A stretch of 64,000 nucleotides of DNA. Source: Macrostomum lignano (lineage: Eukaryota). The position numbers were made by a program, and so were the translations under genes. Under the pieces are notes generated by a model that was given only the letters and a program-made list of their open reading frames with translations, had not been told where the DNA came from and did not search any database. The DNA lies in assembly GCA_002269645.1 (NCBI GenBank), contig NIVC01001761.1, positions 176,666 through 240,665 of the forward strand, in the 5' to 3' direction. This document shows, one piece after another, positions 49,595-61,500 of this stretch (the first letter of the stretch is position 1; every line of letters starts with the position of its first letter).

Positions 49595-52500
49595 CTAGCG
49601 GTGCGATCTCGCAGACTCCAGGCTCACCTGCAGCTCCCAGGGATCTTCTTCATCATCGCTGTCGGACCCGGTGGTGGTGTACTGCCCGCTGTCCACCCGG
49701 ACGTCTTGTAGGCGGATCTCCGCCACTGCGGGCGCCATCTCGCCGGCGATGCCGCAACGACCAGCGTCCGGAGCATCGACGGCGTCGGCGTTGTTTTCTA
49801 CAACGTCAACGACAAGGGCTTCTTCAGCCTTACCGACGTCGGGCGAATCGGCATCGGCGACGACCTCCTGCGGCGACTCCTCCTCGACATAGAGCTGGCG
49901 CTGCAGAATTGAGTTCCGCTTGCCCTGCCGCTGCCCCGACGGCCGGCCGTTCATCGTTGGTCGCTCGGCATCAGGCGACGATGGCGTCGAGTTGCCGCCC
50001 TTGTCGACAGGCACCGCTGTCGAGGCAGCGGTGGAGGCTGCGGTGTTAGCAGCGTCCTCCACGATGGTGTCCAGCCCAGAGGACTGTCGGGAGGTGCTCG
50101 GCGGGGTGCCGAGGTTGTTGGTGAGGGCGCTGAGCGAGCGGCGGTGCTGCGCCCCGGCGATGCCGCCAAAGATGCCGGCGGACATGGCGGCCATGGACTT
50201 CAGGGCGTTGTTGGACTGGCGCTTGCTGATGTTTACGACTGTGTGGGCGGGAGGGACGGCAGAGGGTTTCTAGTTGAACTATTTCTCGGAAACCAATGCC
50301 TAATATTCAATGATGAGATTCTTGGAAATCATTTTCTTATATAGTATGTCGTAGAAACCGATGCTTTAGTTGCGACGAACCCTTGGAAACAATGATGTAG
50401 TTTTCCTAGAAACTAATCCCGTAGTTCTCTTAGAAACAACTAATGTAGTTTTCTCAGAAACCAGTGCTTTAGAATTCCTAGAAGAATTGTTATTACTCGT
50501 ATATTCCCAGACACTTGGCTGCAGGGTGGTCCGTAGACACAGTGGTTAAGCGTGGGTCGCCCATTCCGCTAGATCCCAGACGTAGAGACACAGAAGATGA
50601 TCTCCATTACCGAATCACTTGAAATCTTTGCTACTTTCCGTAAAAAAAGTTCTCTTCGCTCATCCTTGTATTTAGATATTAAGTTAGCTTAGACTAGAAA
50701 ATGGAATGTCTGACTCAATAATTCCCGCCTGCGTTCTGCAGTCCGCAACACGTGGCCCATCTAATGAACTTCTCGCGTCTGCTCACGCTGAAGCCCCCCC
50801 CCCAACTATCTGGCTGAGGGTCTGCGGTGCGCTGCGAAGTGCAGCGGAAGAGACGAAGAAAGAGCGACCTCTCAGCTCAGGACTCGAGCCCCCGGGGGCG
50901 CTTGGGGATTCCGATGCTCCCCAAACCCCCACTGGATTCCCGCCAATAGACGGGACAAAAAGCGCTCAGGCGGCCACTGAGGCCTCCTTGACAGACAGGC
51001 GGCCTTCGCGGCGCAGGAAGCTGGCGACGACTGCTCGCGGACTTTTGGCTCGCGCGCGCGCCCCCACTTCAGAATTCTATCCGCCTGCCTGCTCCAGGAG
51101 CTGCTACCGGCTGCCACTTGAAAGCCATTTATCATCTTCTTGACGACCAGAAAGGACGGACGGACGGCCGCCGCCGGAAGGAAAGCCCGCAGTCTGGCCG
51201 TGGGGCGAGGCGGCTGCACTTTTCACTGGGAACTCCATCAACTGGTGCTACGAAGAGCGCTGAGAGGGGGGCTGTCCCTCTTCACTTCTCTCTCTCTCTT
51301 TGTCACCCTTGCAGCCCCTCTTCTTCTTTTCACTCTGGCTGTGGATCTCCATTTCCACATATCCCTAACACGCATTCGCTCCCCATCTCAGTCTCCCCAT
51401 CATCTCAGTTTCCTCACTTCTGACACGCTGGAGATTGACGTTAAAAAATAGAATTCACAGCTCAGGTGAGGCAACTCACACCGCGGCTTGCAGTTGGCAA
51501 TCTGCTCCTCCCCGCCGCCCAGTTCTCTGCAGAGCTCCTCCAGGAACAGGATGTGCTTCTGAAAGTGAACAGCGAGATTGTGGTTGGCGCTCTTGCTGGC
51601 AGCTGCTTCTCTGCTCGAGTTATCCATCATGCGCGCCGCCTCGACTCTCGGGCCCTAATTGATCCCCGGCCGCCTGTCCCGCCCCGGCTAATCCCCTACT
51701 GCTGCCAGGCCGCGAGATCATTCCGCTTCTCAACTTTTGCTACTAGGGGCGGCATAGGGAGACTGAGTAGTTAATTACCCCAGCCTGTTTGCCCGGGGAA
51801 TTCGGGGCGCGCTGTTTGCAGACGCATTTCTGGTACAGAATTCCTGCCTCATGTTGCGACAGCCATTCTGCCCCCCCCCTCAGTCCAATCTGAGCTCCCT
51901 GCCCTGTGCGGCTCGTGCTTTCTGTCAATAGGCAGCTGGCAGCCCTAAGTAGTATTTGACTTTGAAACTCCCCCTGCTTTTATGGCACCTCCTGCAGGTC
52001 GCGCTCCGTCTCCAGGGTGTCACACTTCATCTCGGACATTCGCCTGGCTCGCTTCTGCAGCTGGATTCTGAACTCGCCACGCTGCTTCTCGTGCATCATC
52101 AGGCCTGCGGACGGTGTTGCGGCTTTGTTTTAACACGGGGGCTTGAGGGCCCGAAGTCTATGGCCAGCCCTGCTGCCGGGCTTGGGGGCCCGAAGTCTAT
52201 GGCCAGCCCTGCTGCCGGGGCTTGGGGGCCCGAAGTCTATGGCCAGCCCTGCTGCCGGGTTTTGGGAGACCGAATTCTATGGCCAGCCCTGCTGCCGGGG
52301 TTTGGGGGCCCGAAGTCTATAGCCAGCCCTGCTGCCGGGGTTTGGGGGCCCGAAGTCTATGGCCAGCCCTGCTGCCGGGGTTTGGGGGCCCGAAGTCTAT
52401 GGCCAGCCCTGCTGCCGGGGTTTGAAGGCGCAAAGTCTATAGCCAGCCCTGCTGCCGGGGTTTGAAGGCCCGAAGTCTATGGCCAGCCCTGCTGCCGGGA

Positions 52501-55500
52501 TTTGAAGGCCCGAAGTCTATGGCCAACCCATAGACTTCGGGCCGGGGCTTGCTGCCGGGGCTGCCGGGGCTTGGGGGCCCGAAGTCTATGGCCAGCCCTG
52601 CTGCCGGGGTTTGGGGGCCCGAAGTCTATGGCCAGCCCTGCTGCCGGGGCTTGGGGCCCGAAGTCTATGGCCAGCCCTGCTGCCGACAAAAACAGGTTTC
52701 GTTCTGGTATAAACAGATTGTAAATTCGCTCTCTTGTATTCGAAATTTTAAACACAGAATTTATAGGAGACTGGCAATACAAGACAAAGCTGACAGGGAA
52801 TTACTTATTCAATTTGATGCTATATCAGCGGGTGTACTTTATTGTGACACAGTGTGATACGCAGGACCCAGTTAACACCGTGTGGCCACTAAAGGTGTAA
52901 GATCATGGTTTAGCTCTAACTCGCCTTGTCAATCTCAAATGCTGCTCAGTGAATAGTGCACCAAAGTCGCTCAGGCCCTGACTAAAAGAAACGTGAATGG
53001 AATGCGAGCCTCGAGAGACACTGGAGAAAGGAAGTGCCAGAGATTGGCTGGGGCAAATTGGGCTGAGATGCAATTTGTAGTCGGGCCGCAGCTCCCCAGC
53101 CCACCGGTGAAATTTTCTGAATTCAAGCGTGCAAACGAGGTACAGGCGAGCTGAGGACATGCCCGATGCGGCTTCAACTGAGAGGCAGAGGCAAAGGCCA
53201 GAAAATGTCGATAACTGGCTGGCACAGATGACTGCTCGCATTTGCCCACGGGTGGGTCTCGTTGCGTTTCTTCTCTATCCGTTGCCGAGCAGTTCCCCCC
53301 CCCCGCCGCATCGGAAAGGTACGGGATGGGGGCCTTCTACTTCTCCATCGACTAGTCCATTCCCCGATGAAAAGTCCCCGATCCTTCGATCTGTGCCGAC
53401 CCGTGCAGTCGAGTAACTCGTAAAAAAAGGGCAGCCTCAGCCAAGACTCATTACTGGCTTGTTTTTAATCACTCGCTAATAATTTCCAATCTCTTCTGCC
53501 GTGAAAAAAATAAAGTCAACTGATTCCACGGATAGAGATGAATACTGCGGTAACCCTCTATGCATGCAGATTTATCAGTTTAACTGTATAGGCAGACAAT
53601 AAACAGGTCGAATAACCAACTTCAGCCCTTCTCATACTGGTCAATTTAATCAAGTGTACAGAGGTAGTGCGAGTGTACACGTAGACAGAGACCCTTTTGT
53701 AAATAATTGAGGGCGTTGGCCTGGAATGCCGAAATTGCAGTGCATAGGGAAATCTAATTCAGAAGATTAATTTCTGATGAGGTACTCAGTTACAAACCCG
53801 CTAGTTTACATTTAAATTCATTTTAATAACTTTTACTAAAGCTTGTTAATATCTGCGCACTTCTGCATCTGCGAGTGATTTCGACTTGTGGGATTAGAAA
53901 GTCGCTGAACTTTTATGTAAGCACTATTATTAATGGCCTTACTGATAATGCGAATATGGAGATCCTCTGCTGGGGCAGGAGAAGAAATGTGAGACTGATG
54001 GGGCCTAGCATCTATAGCCATATTGGCAGCTGGGGGGGGGGGGCTCAGAAGTGCTGAATACGAACTCCTGCTATTGTCCGTGCTCTGCAAGTGTCGGGAG
54101 AACCCAGATGTCTGGCTTTTCCTCTCCCAGCAGCGAGCATCCTGCACAGAACCCGTCACGCACCATTGATGACGCGAACAATTCGCCAGAGCAGGAACAG
54201 GACCATGACTGACACTTCCGTGGACTCCAGCTTCACGAAGACGATGTCCGCCACAAATGAGATCATGATCACCACTGCGTCGACGATCTGAAATCGAAAT
54301 TTTAATAACAATTCGATTAATTATAAGCCCGCGCGTTGATCCGCAAAATTACCTTTTTGAGATCTTAGGCACACTTTGCAAACACAGGAGAAGTTGATAA
54401 CAAGTTTTCTCTGTACTGCAGAGAAGTTCATCTAGTTTTCTAGTAACCAGAACTGCATGCATTGCTTTAGATATTCGCAAGTTTCTGGGGGTCTCCCTAA
54501 TGTACCTCCTTAATTTTTATTGTGTTTTGTTTCAAAGAAAGTTCAGAAGAGTTCTGCAAGATACGCCAGTCGATTCAAGCATTCAAGTATTTCAAGAAGG
54601 CATTTCACTCGGTCGCCAGGTCAATGGAGCTCCGAGCGTCAATGTGTCGGAGCGGCTGGTCTGTCTCTACCATCATGGCGATACACAATCACTCGAAAGC
54701 TGTTGTTTCGACATCGGACGGCCTATCAGACTTCTTCAAGACGTCCTCTGGGATGCTCCAAGGAGAACGCGGATTGACGCCAATATCGCCCCTCCTGTCC
54801 TCAGCCGTTGAGGACGCCCAGCGATAGCACTCTATCGTCATGCCAGGCTGGTCCGTCCAAGGGACCTGTTGCGCTGTCGGCGATTCCAATTGAAAGGTCA
54901 CCTCATCAGCAGTGTCCACAGTCGCAGTGTCCACAGACGGTGCAGGAAGTGCTGCTGCTAACGCTGCAGGCACCCTACCGAAGCGCACTCGGCGTTTCGT
55001 CGACTGCCTGCTGGCTGATGCCGGCGCCCCGGATTCGGTCGGTTGCACGGCTTACGTTGTGTCCAGGCCCAGAGATAAACCCGGTGCCGCTGCTCTCAAT
55101 AAGGACTTGAACAACAACGCATTGAGCTTTTTTGTTGTTTAACGAATTTCATCTCTTGTGTGAAAAAAACTAGACATTTCGAATTCTCTCCTTTAAAATG
55201 ACGCCCTCTCAATGGACTGAATTACAAGACTCCCTTCCCAATTCGCAAAATCTCGTTTCCTTGTGGGCTCGAAACCATCAGGAAAAGATAAACTCTTAAA
55301 ATGTATCTAACGGCAAAGTGCGCAAAAGACGCAGCCGCCTCGGTTGTGCGCCTAAAGTTCGCAGCCGAGCGAGAAATGCGGAACAAGAATGTCCTGCCTG
55401 GTGAATATTTCATCAGCATGCCAGTCCCCTGGCCGCTGGGCCCGAGTCAAATTCCAGACAGGGCGTCCCTGTTCCTGCACTGCCAGCGTCTTCTCCGCGC

Positions 55501-58500
55501 CTCATCCTACTGCGCAATAATTGATTGACTCATCCCAGATCTGGCTGTCTCGGTCCCGGCGGATTACCGACCAGGAAAGAGCGCATTTGTGCAGTGCTTT
55601 GTACAGCGCGCTGTGCAACAGCAAGGCCTCGCATTAATGTAGCTTCAGTTTTCCGTGCGAATCGGAAGGGCGCTCTTTGCCAGCTTCATTGAGCTGGCTG
55701 ATTCGAAGTATCTGTGTGGAAGATCTTTTCAGATCCTGGAAATTCGCACTTAACTGTTTGTGCACTGAAGCATTCATTTTATTGAAGGATGAGCCTCGAC
55801 GAAATTAAGCATCGAATGGTTTCCAACTTTTGCGTTATCGGAATTGCCATGGTTGGGCTCGATCGGTGGCTTAACTCTCGAGTGTTCATTCGGTCCCACT
55901 GTTAATTTGTGAACCCTTGTCTAAGTGTACGAGCGTACTGTTAATATTTTTGTTCCAAATTTTTGTAGGTAGAAGATAATAATACACGAACTTGCAGCAT
56001 CAATCTAGTGGACGTCGCAAGAGCAGGACGTATTGAAATTCTGTGAAGCACCGAGTGAATCTGAACACGATCTCCTGTTCTGGACCCTGATATTGACCTC
56101 TTGGGCGAAGTCAGACGGGCACTCGGCGTTTCGTCTACTGCTTTCTGGCTGACACCCAGTTTCCAAAAGCTACCCTTTGATCTAAAAAGAGTCACTTGAG
56201 CTGTTTTTATCGTCGATAATGACTCAGACGTGCTCCATTCGCAGATGGACCGGTTATCGGTGCGCATTCGCGAGGGCACAAATACACCCCGGGTGACGAG
56301 CGGCCTCCGGTTATCAAACTTGCCGTCGAAAGCAGATTTCCTAATTCGAAAATCATGATGCAAATACCTTTGAAAACATTTCCTCCGCCTCTAATATTAG
56401 TCAATATTGCTGGCTTTGAAGTCGGCTCGAGTTTCCTCGTAGTGAAATTGGAGGCCTGTTTTTGCGGCCTGAATCCGCGTAGGCAAGGGGTTGGCTGGAT
56501 GGGAATATGTTCGGTTTGTCAGGCCGCTTATTAATTCACTGCAACGGCTTCGAAGCCCTTCTGGACCAAAATAGACAGTCCATGCGAGTTGGAACGCGTG
56601 CTGCTGACGGCTTTCAGGTACGAAATGGACAATAATATTTTTCGACAGCATATTTTCAAGGCGTTTTTTTAATCTATTTTTTATGCTTCTTCGGTTCAGT
56701 GGCACCTGGATAGTTGTCTCAGTTTCTCTTTCTGACATCTTGTTAATAAGGGCAGCAGGAGTCAACCTTGCAGTTTGGAAATTAATTACACACTAAGCAG
56801 TGCGCCTGCGGAGCCTTTGATTTTACCTGCAGCTTCAAACTCGAAGTCCAAGTTCAACTAATCTTTTAGATGCCCTTCTTCGACGAACTCAATGTCAAAG
56901 CGAGTACTGAGAATTTGAGCTATCAATTTTGCAAGACACAAGTCTGATTCAGATTCCATTGTACAATTATCTACTCACCTCGAACTTCTCTCGCACAAAG
57001 TTCCGACCGAGGCAGACAATTTTCAGCGCCACCTCGAGGACGAACAGGCCGAGAATCCCAATGCTGACGAAGTGCAGCACGGCTGAGACGTCGTGCAGTA
57101 CCTTGGCGTGGCTGAACTCCTGCTGGAAGTTGGCGAACGCCGAAGTCGCCGACGAATACGACGGTTGGTGTCATCCCAGCGCGGCGGCGCCGGCGTCGCT
57201 GGCGACGTGTCGACGCAACGCGGCTGGTGGGACCCGGCTACCGACGGACTGGGCGAGCTCGCTCCGGGCTGCCCGCCAGCCACCGAGGAGGTCACGTTGC
57301 ATGAGATGCTGGAGTTCTGACTCAGCGTCAGGAGCACGTCGGCCATGTTGGTCACCAGGCGCTCGGCAAACTGAGGCGACGACGTCAGCTCCGGACTGAA
57401 GGCCGGCAGCAGGAGGCCTCGCTCGCCGAGCTGCTTGGCGAATGTTCGATTGACGAATCCGGCAGTCTGCACGAAGGCGTCCTCGAGCTCCTGCTTCTCG
57501 CTGCAATTCGCAAATTTGTGAGCGCCGGTGTTTCGGATTCAGGCAATTTTGAGCTTGAGAAGTTTGGAGTTGTGAAACCGACCCAGCGAAATAGCATCGA
57601 GACAAAGTGACCGACTCGCTTTGGGTGGATCCCTAGGATAGCAGCTCCATTTCCGATTGGAGTCTCCTACCATAGGGTTTTTTGCATCAACTGATAGCTC
57701 GTATCGGGATGCAGTGCTCGGTGCCACAATCCATTGGTTACACAGCCACATGGACTCGAGCTTCAGCTCTGCTAACTCTCATCTGTTTTCTACATGTCTT
57801 CATCCCTGACTAATCCTTTGGATAACTAAAATCAACAGCATTGAGCTTAAATTCCTGAGATTCCGAGAACCCTTTAGAAAATCCCTAAACTGCGTAAGCA
57901 GTTTCCATCATCAACAAAATTCTCCGCTATTCGGCCATTTTCGAATATTCCGTCCTTGCAGCCTCTTCCATCATCTTCCTAAGCCCCTTTCAGGTAAATC
58001 TCAAATTCCAAAGATTTCCACAAACCCATGCAGATTAAACCTGGATGCGGTGTGCATCCCGGATGGATGCATCGCGACTCCAGGAACGATGGATGAATAA
58101 ATATGGAGGCTTCAATCGGAGAATAAACCCCACCCAGCATATCCTGACAGCCCACAGCCAGGCACTGAGCAAATCCTGACAGCCCACAGCCAGGCACTGA
58201 GCAAATCCTGACAGCCCACAGCCAGGCACTGAGCAAATCCTGACAGCCCACAGCCAGGCACTGAGCAAATCCTGACAGCCCACAGCCAGGCACTGAGCAA
58301 ATCCTGACAGCCCACAGCCAGGCACTGAGCAAATCCTGACAGCCCACAGCCAGGCACTGAGCAAATCCTGACAGCCCACAGCCAGGCACTGAGCAAATCC
58401 TGACAGCCCACAGCCAGGCACTGAGCAAATCCTGACAGCCCACAGCCAGGCACTGAGCAAATCCTGACAGCCCACAGTCAGGCACTGAGCAAATCCTGAC

Positions 58501-61500
58501 AGCCCACAGCCAGGCACTGAGCAAATCCTGACAGCCCACAGCCAGGCACTGAGCAAATCCTGACAGCCCACAGCCAGGCACTCAGCATATCCTGACAGCC
58601 CACAGTCAGGCACTGAGCAAATCCTGACAGCCCACAGTCAGGCACTCAGCATATCCTGACACCCCACAGACGGCACCTATAGTCCTGGCTACTTACTGGT
58701 GATGGCCTTGATCTCCAGGATGATCTCGGCGATCACAATGACGGCGTCGATGAGCACGAAGGCGCACAGGATGATCTGCACTACGTTGGACCGGATTGCG
58801 TACAGCAGCCGCTCCTTCCATCTGAAATGCCGGTGGCGGGAGGAGCGCCTGAGGCTTCCGCTGGCGTCGCCATTTGCCGCCGCCGTTGCAGCTGCCGCCG
58901 CCGACCGAGGCGTGGACGGCAACGTCGGCGACAGGAGGCTGAGCAGCGACGATGAAGCTGACGAGGAGGAGGCGGCGGCAAACAGCAGCGGCGGCCTGGC
59001 TGGTGGCCCGCCGCCAAGGGCTCCTCCGTCGTCGCATTCATCGGATTCGTCACCGGATGACCGGTGGCGATAGCGGCTGCGCCCAAACCGAGGCAGCTTG
59101 ACTGCTTCTGTCTGCTTCTGTCTGCTTCTGTCTGCTTCTGTCTGCTTCTGTCTGCTTCTGTCTGCTTCTGTCTGCTTCTGTCTGCTTCTGTCTGCTTCTG
59201 TCTGCTTCTGTCTGCTTCTGTCTGCTTCTGTCTGCTTCTGTCTGCTTCTGTCTGCTTCTGTCTGCTTCTGTCTGCTTCTGTCTGCTTCTGTCTGCTTCTG
59301 TCTGCTTCTGTCTGCTTCTGTCTGCTTCTGTCTGCTTCTGTCTGCTTCTGTCTGCTTCTGTCTGCTTCTGTCTGCTTCTGTCTGCTTCTGTCTGCTTCTG
59401 TCTGCTTCTGTCTGCTTCTGTCTGCTTCTGTCTGCTTCTGTCTGCTTCTGTCTGCTTCTGTCTGCTTCTGTCTGCTTCTGTCTGCTTCTGTCTGCTTCTG
59501 TCTGCTTCTGTCTGCTTCTGTCTGCTTCTGTCTGCTTCTGTCTGCTTCTGTCTGCTTCTGTCTGCTTCTGTCTGCTTCTGTCTGCTTCTGTCTGCTTCTG
59601 TCTGCTTCTGTCTGCTTCTGTCTGCTTCTCCTGCTTTTCGATGCTTCTAAATCCTTCGGGGTCCAAGTTTGTCAGCTCAGATAAGGCCGAGTCTTAGGAA
59701 GGCCGCACTGCTCAGTAGTCGGACTCTTTTGATCCGGGTCAAGCAATTCCCAACCCCCCCCCCCCTTTCAGCCTCAGCCGGTGCCAACCCGCGGAGAGCA
59801 TCAGGGAAGGCAGGGAGCGAGTTGTCCGGAATGCCTGCTCCCATTGGCCCAGTGAGATTGGATGCTCAGCTGAGGAGTTCCAGACGGAGGCTTGAGCAGG
59901 GAAGGGACCATGAGCTGCTTGTTGATTAAAATAGGTTGTTTGTTAAACCGCTTCGATAGCTTTTGAATCCAAGTCGCTTTATTTGGTGCTTTCGATCGAA
60001 AGGATTTGGTATTTAAATCCCTCAATTGCGACATTCAGTGGTCAATTTTTTAACTCAGACACAGATTTGTCCTCTTTTAGCTCGAGATTGTGCCGAACTG
60101 AGAGAAAGGCCTGAGGGAGCAGAACTAAGGTCAGGCCAGCTTCCCAGACTAATTACCGCTGGGTTCCCCGGCTCTCGGGAGAGTCTCGAACTCAGACTAA
60201 GTGCGGCCGCTCTGTGACAGCTCGCGTCTCCATCAAGGCATCAAAGGCTCCGGGAGGGGGGGAGCTGGAGAGGCGGCCTCTCTGTGTGCCCCTGGATTCC
60301 TGGGAATTCCCAGCTAGCAGCGAAGGTAGCGAAGACGAGGCGGCGTTGTCACGGAAACGAGGACTCGAGCAGGGAGCTCCGGAGGCGGAGTCTGGGGGGC
60401 GGCGGCTGTTTTTGGCATGGAATTTTCCAGTTTGCGCGCAACAGACGCGGTGGGGGGGGGGCATTTTTGTTCATTCTGCTACTGCGGAGGAGGGGCAGGG
60501 AGGACAAAGAGGCGGGTTTTCCCCGCTCCCCAATCATTGATTGATCCCTTTGCGAAAGCGAGCTCGGCAAGTGAGCTGCTCACAGTCACCGCCCTTTATA
60601 TTCAGAAGAAGTGATGAAGGAAAGGCAATAAAAAGCACAAGCAGCTGTGAGGTCACTGCTCAGATAGGGAGAGTGAAAGTGAGTTTATTGTATTGGATTA
60701 TGATTATTATTATCGCACACGCATTGTCCCGGGCACAAAGGCCGATAAAAAAGCAGCCGATTCCTCTTTTGAGCACAAAGGCGAGCGGACGGAAAATCCA
60801 GGATTAAAACAAAAGGTTTGGCAGGGGAAACTCCGGCAGGGGAGGCTTCGATCGCGAATTAAAAGCTGGGCGGAACTGCCGCCTTCCGGTTGCTATGGAT
60901 ATTTTTAGCTGCCTTGCCATACGAGCTCGAAATTCGATCAATTGGTAGACGGCCGATCCGCTCAGTAGCCGAATAATGTGTTTTAAAAGTACACCATTTT
61001 AGCAATCCACTTCTTTTATTCATCCTTGACGTTGGCTAGATTAGCAATCCATTTTATCCAATTCATAACTGATTAGCTAGATTAGCAATTCAATTCTATT
61101 CCTTCATTCATGATTGGCTAGATTAGCAATCCATTCTGTTTCTATATTAATTCAGTGCTTTGGCTAGACTAGCAATCCATTTTATCCAATTCATTCATGA
61201 TTAACAAACCCAATTTTACGCGTGCTGCAGAATACGCAACAGAAGCATTAAAGAGTCAAAGGAAAAATGAATAAACAATTTCATCCTTCAAACTCTATCC
61301 ATTTGCAAAACACGCATAGAAAATTTAGCTTTTTCCTACTGTCAGTAGTGCAATATGTTAGAAATCTAAAATACAATATTTTTCTGTAACCAAAACCGGC
61401 TGCCCTCTGCAACACGCCAAGGGATATCGATTCCGGGGATTACTGGGCTGCACATGGAGGGGGAAAGTTTGTTTTGGGACAAGTTTGAGCTTTAAGAAGA

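Noticed and set aside
57979-59697. Cys-rich and (SASVCFCLLL)n / (RSRQKQTEAD)n ORFs
   Set aside because: Translations of the 32-bp and 10-bp arrays. The real exon starts at acceptor 59076.
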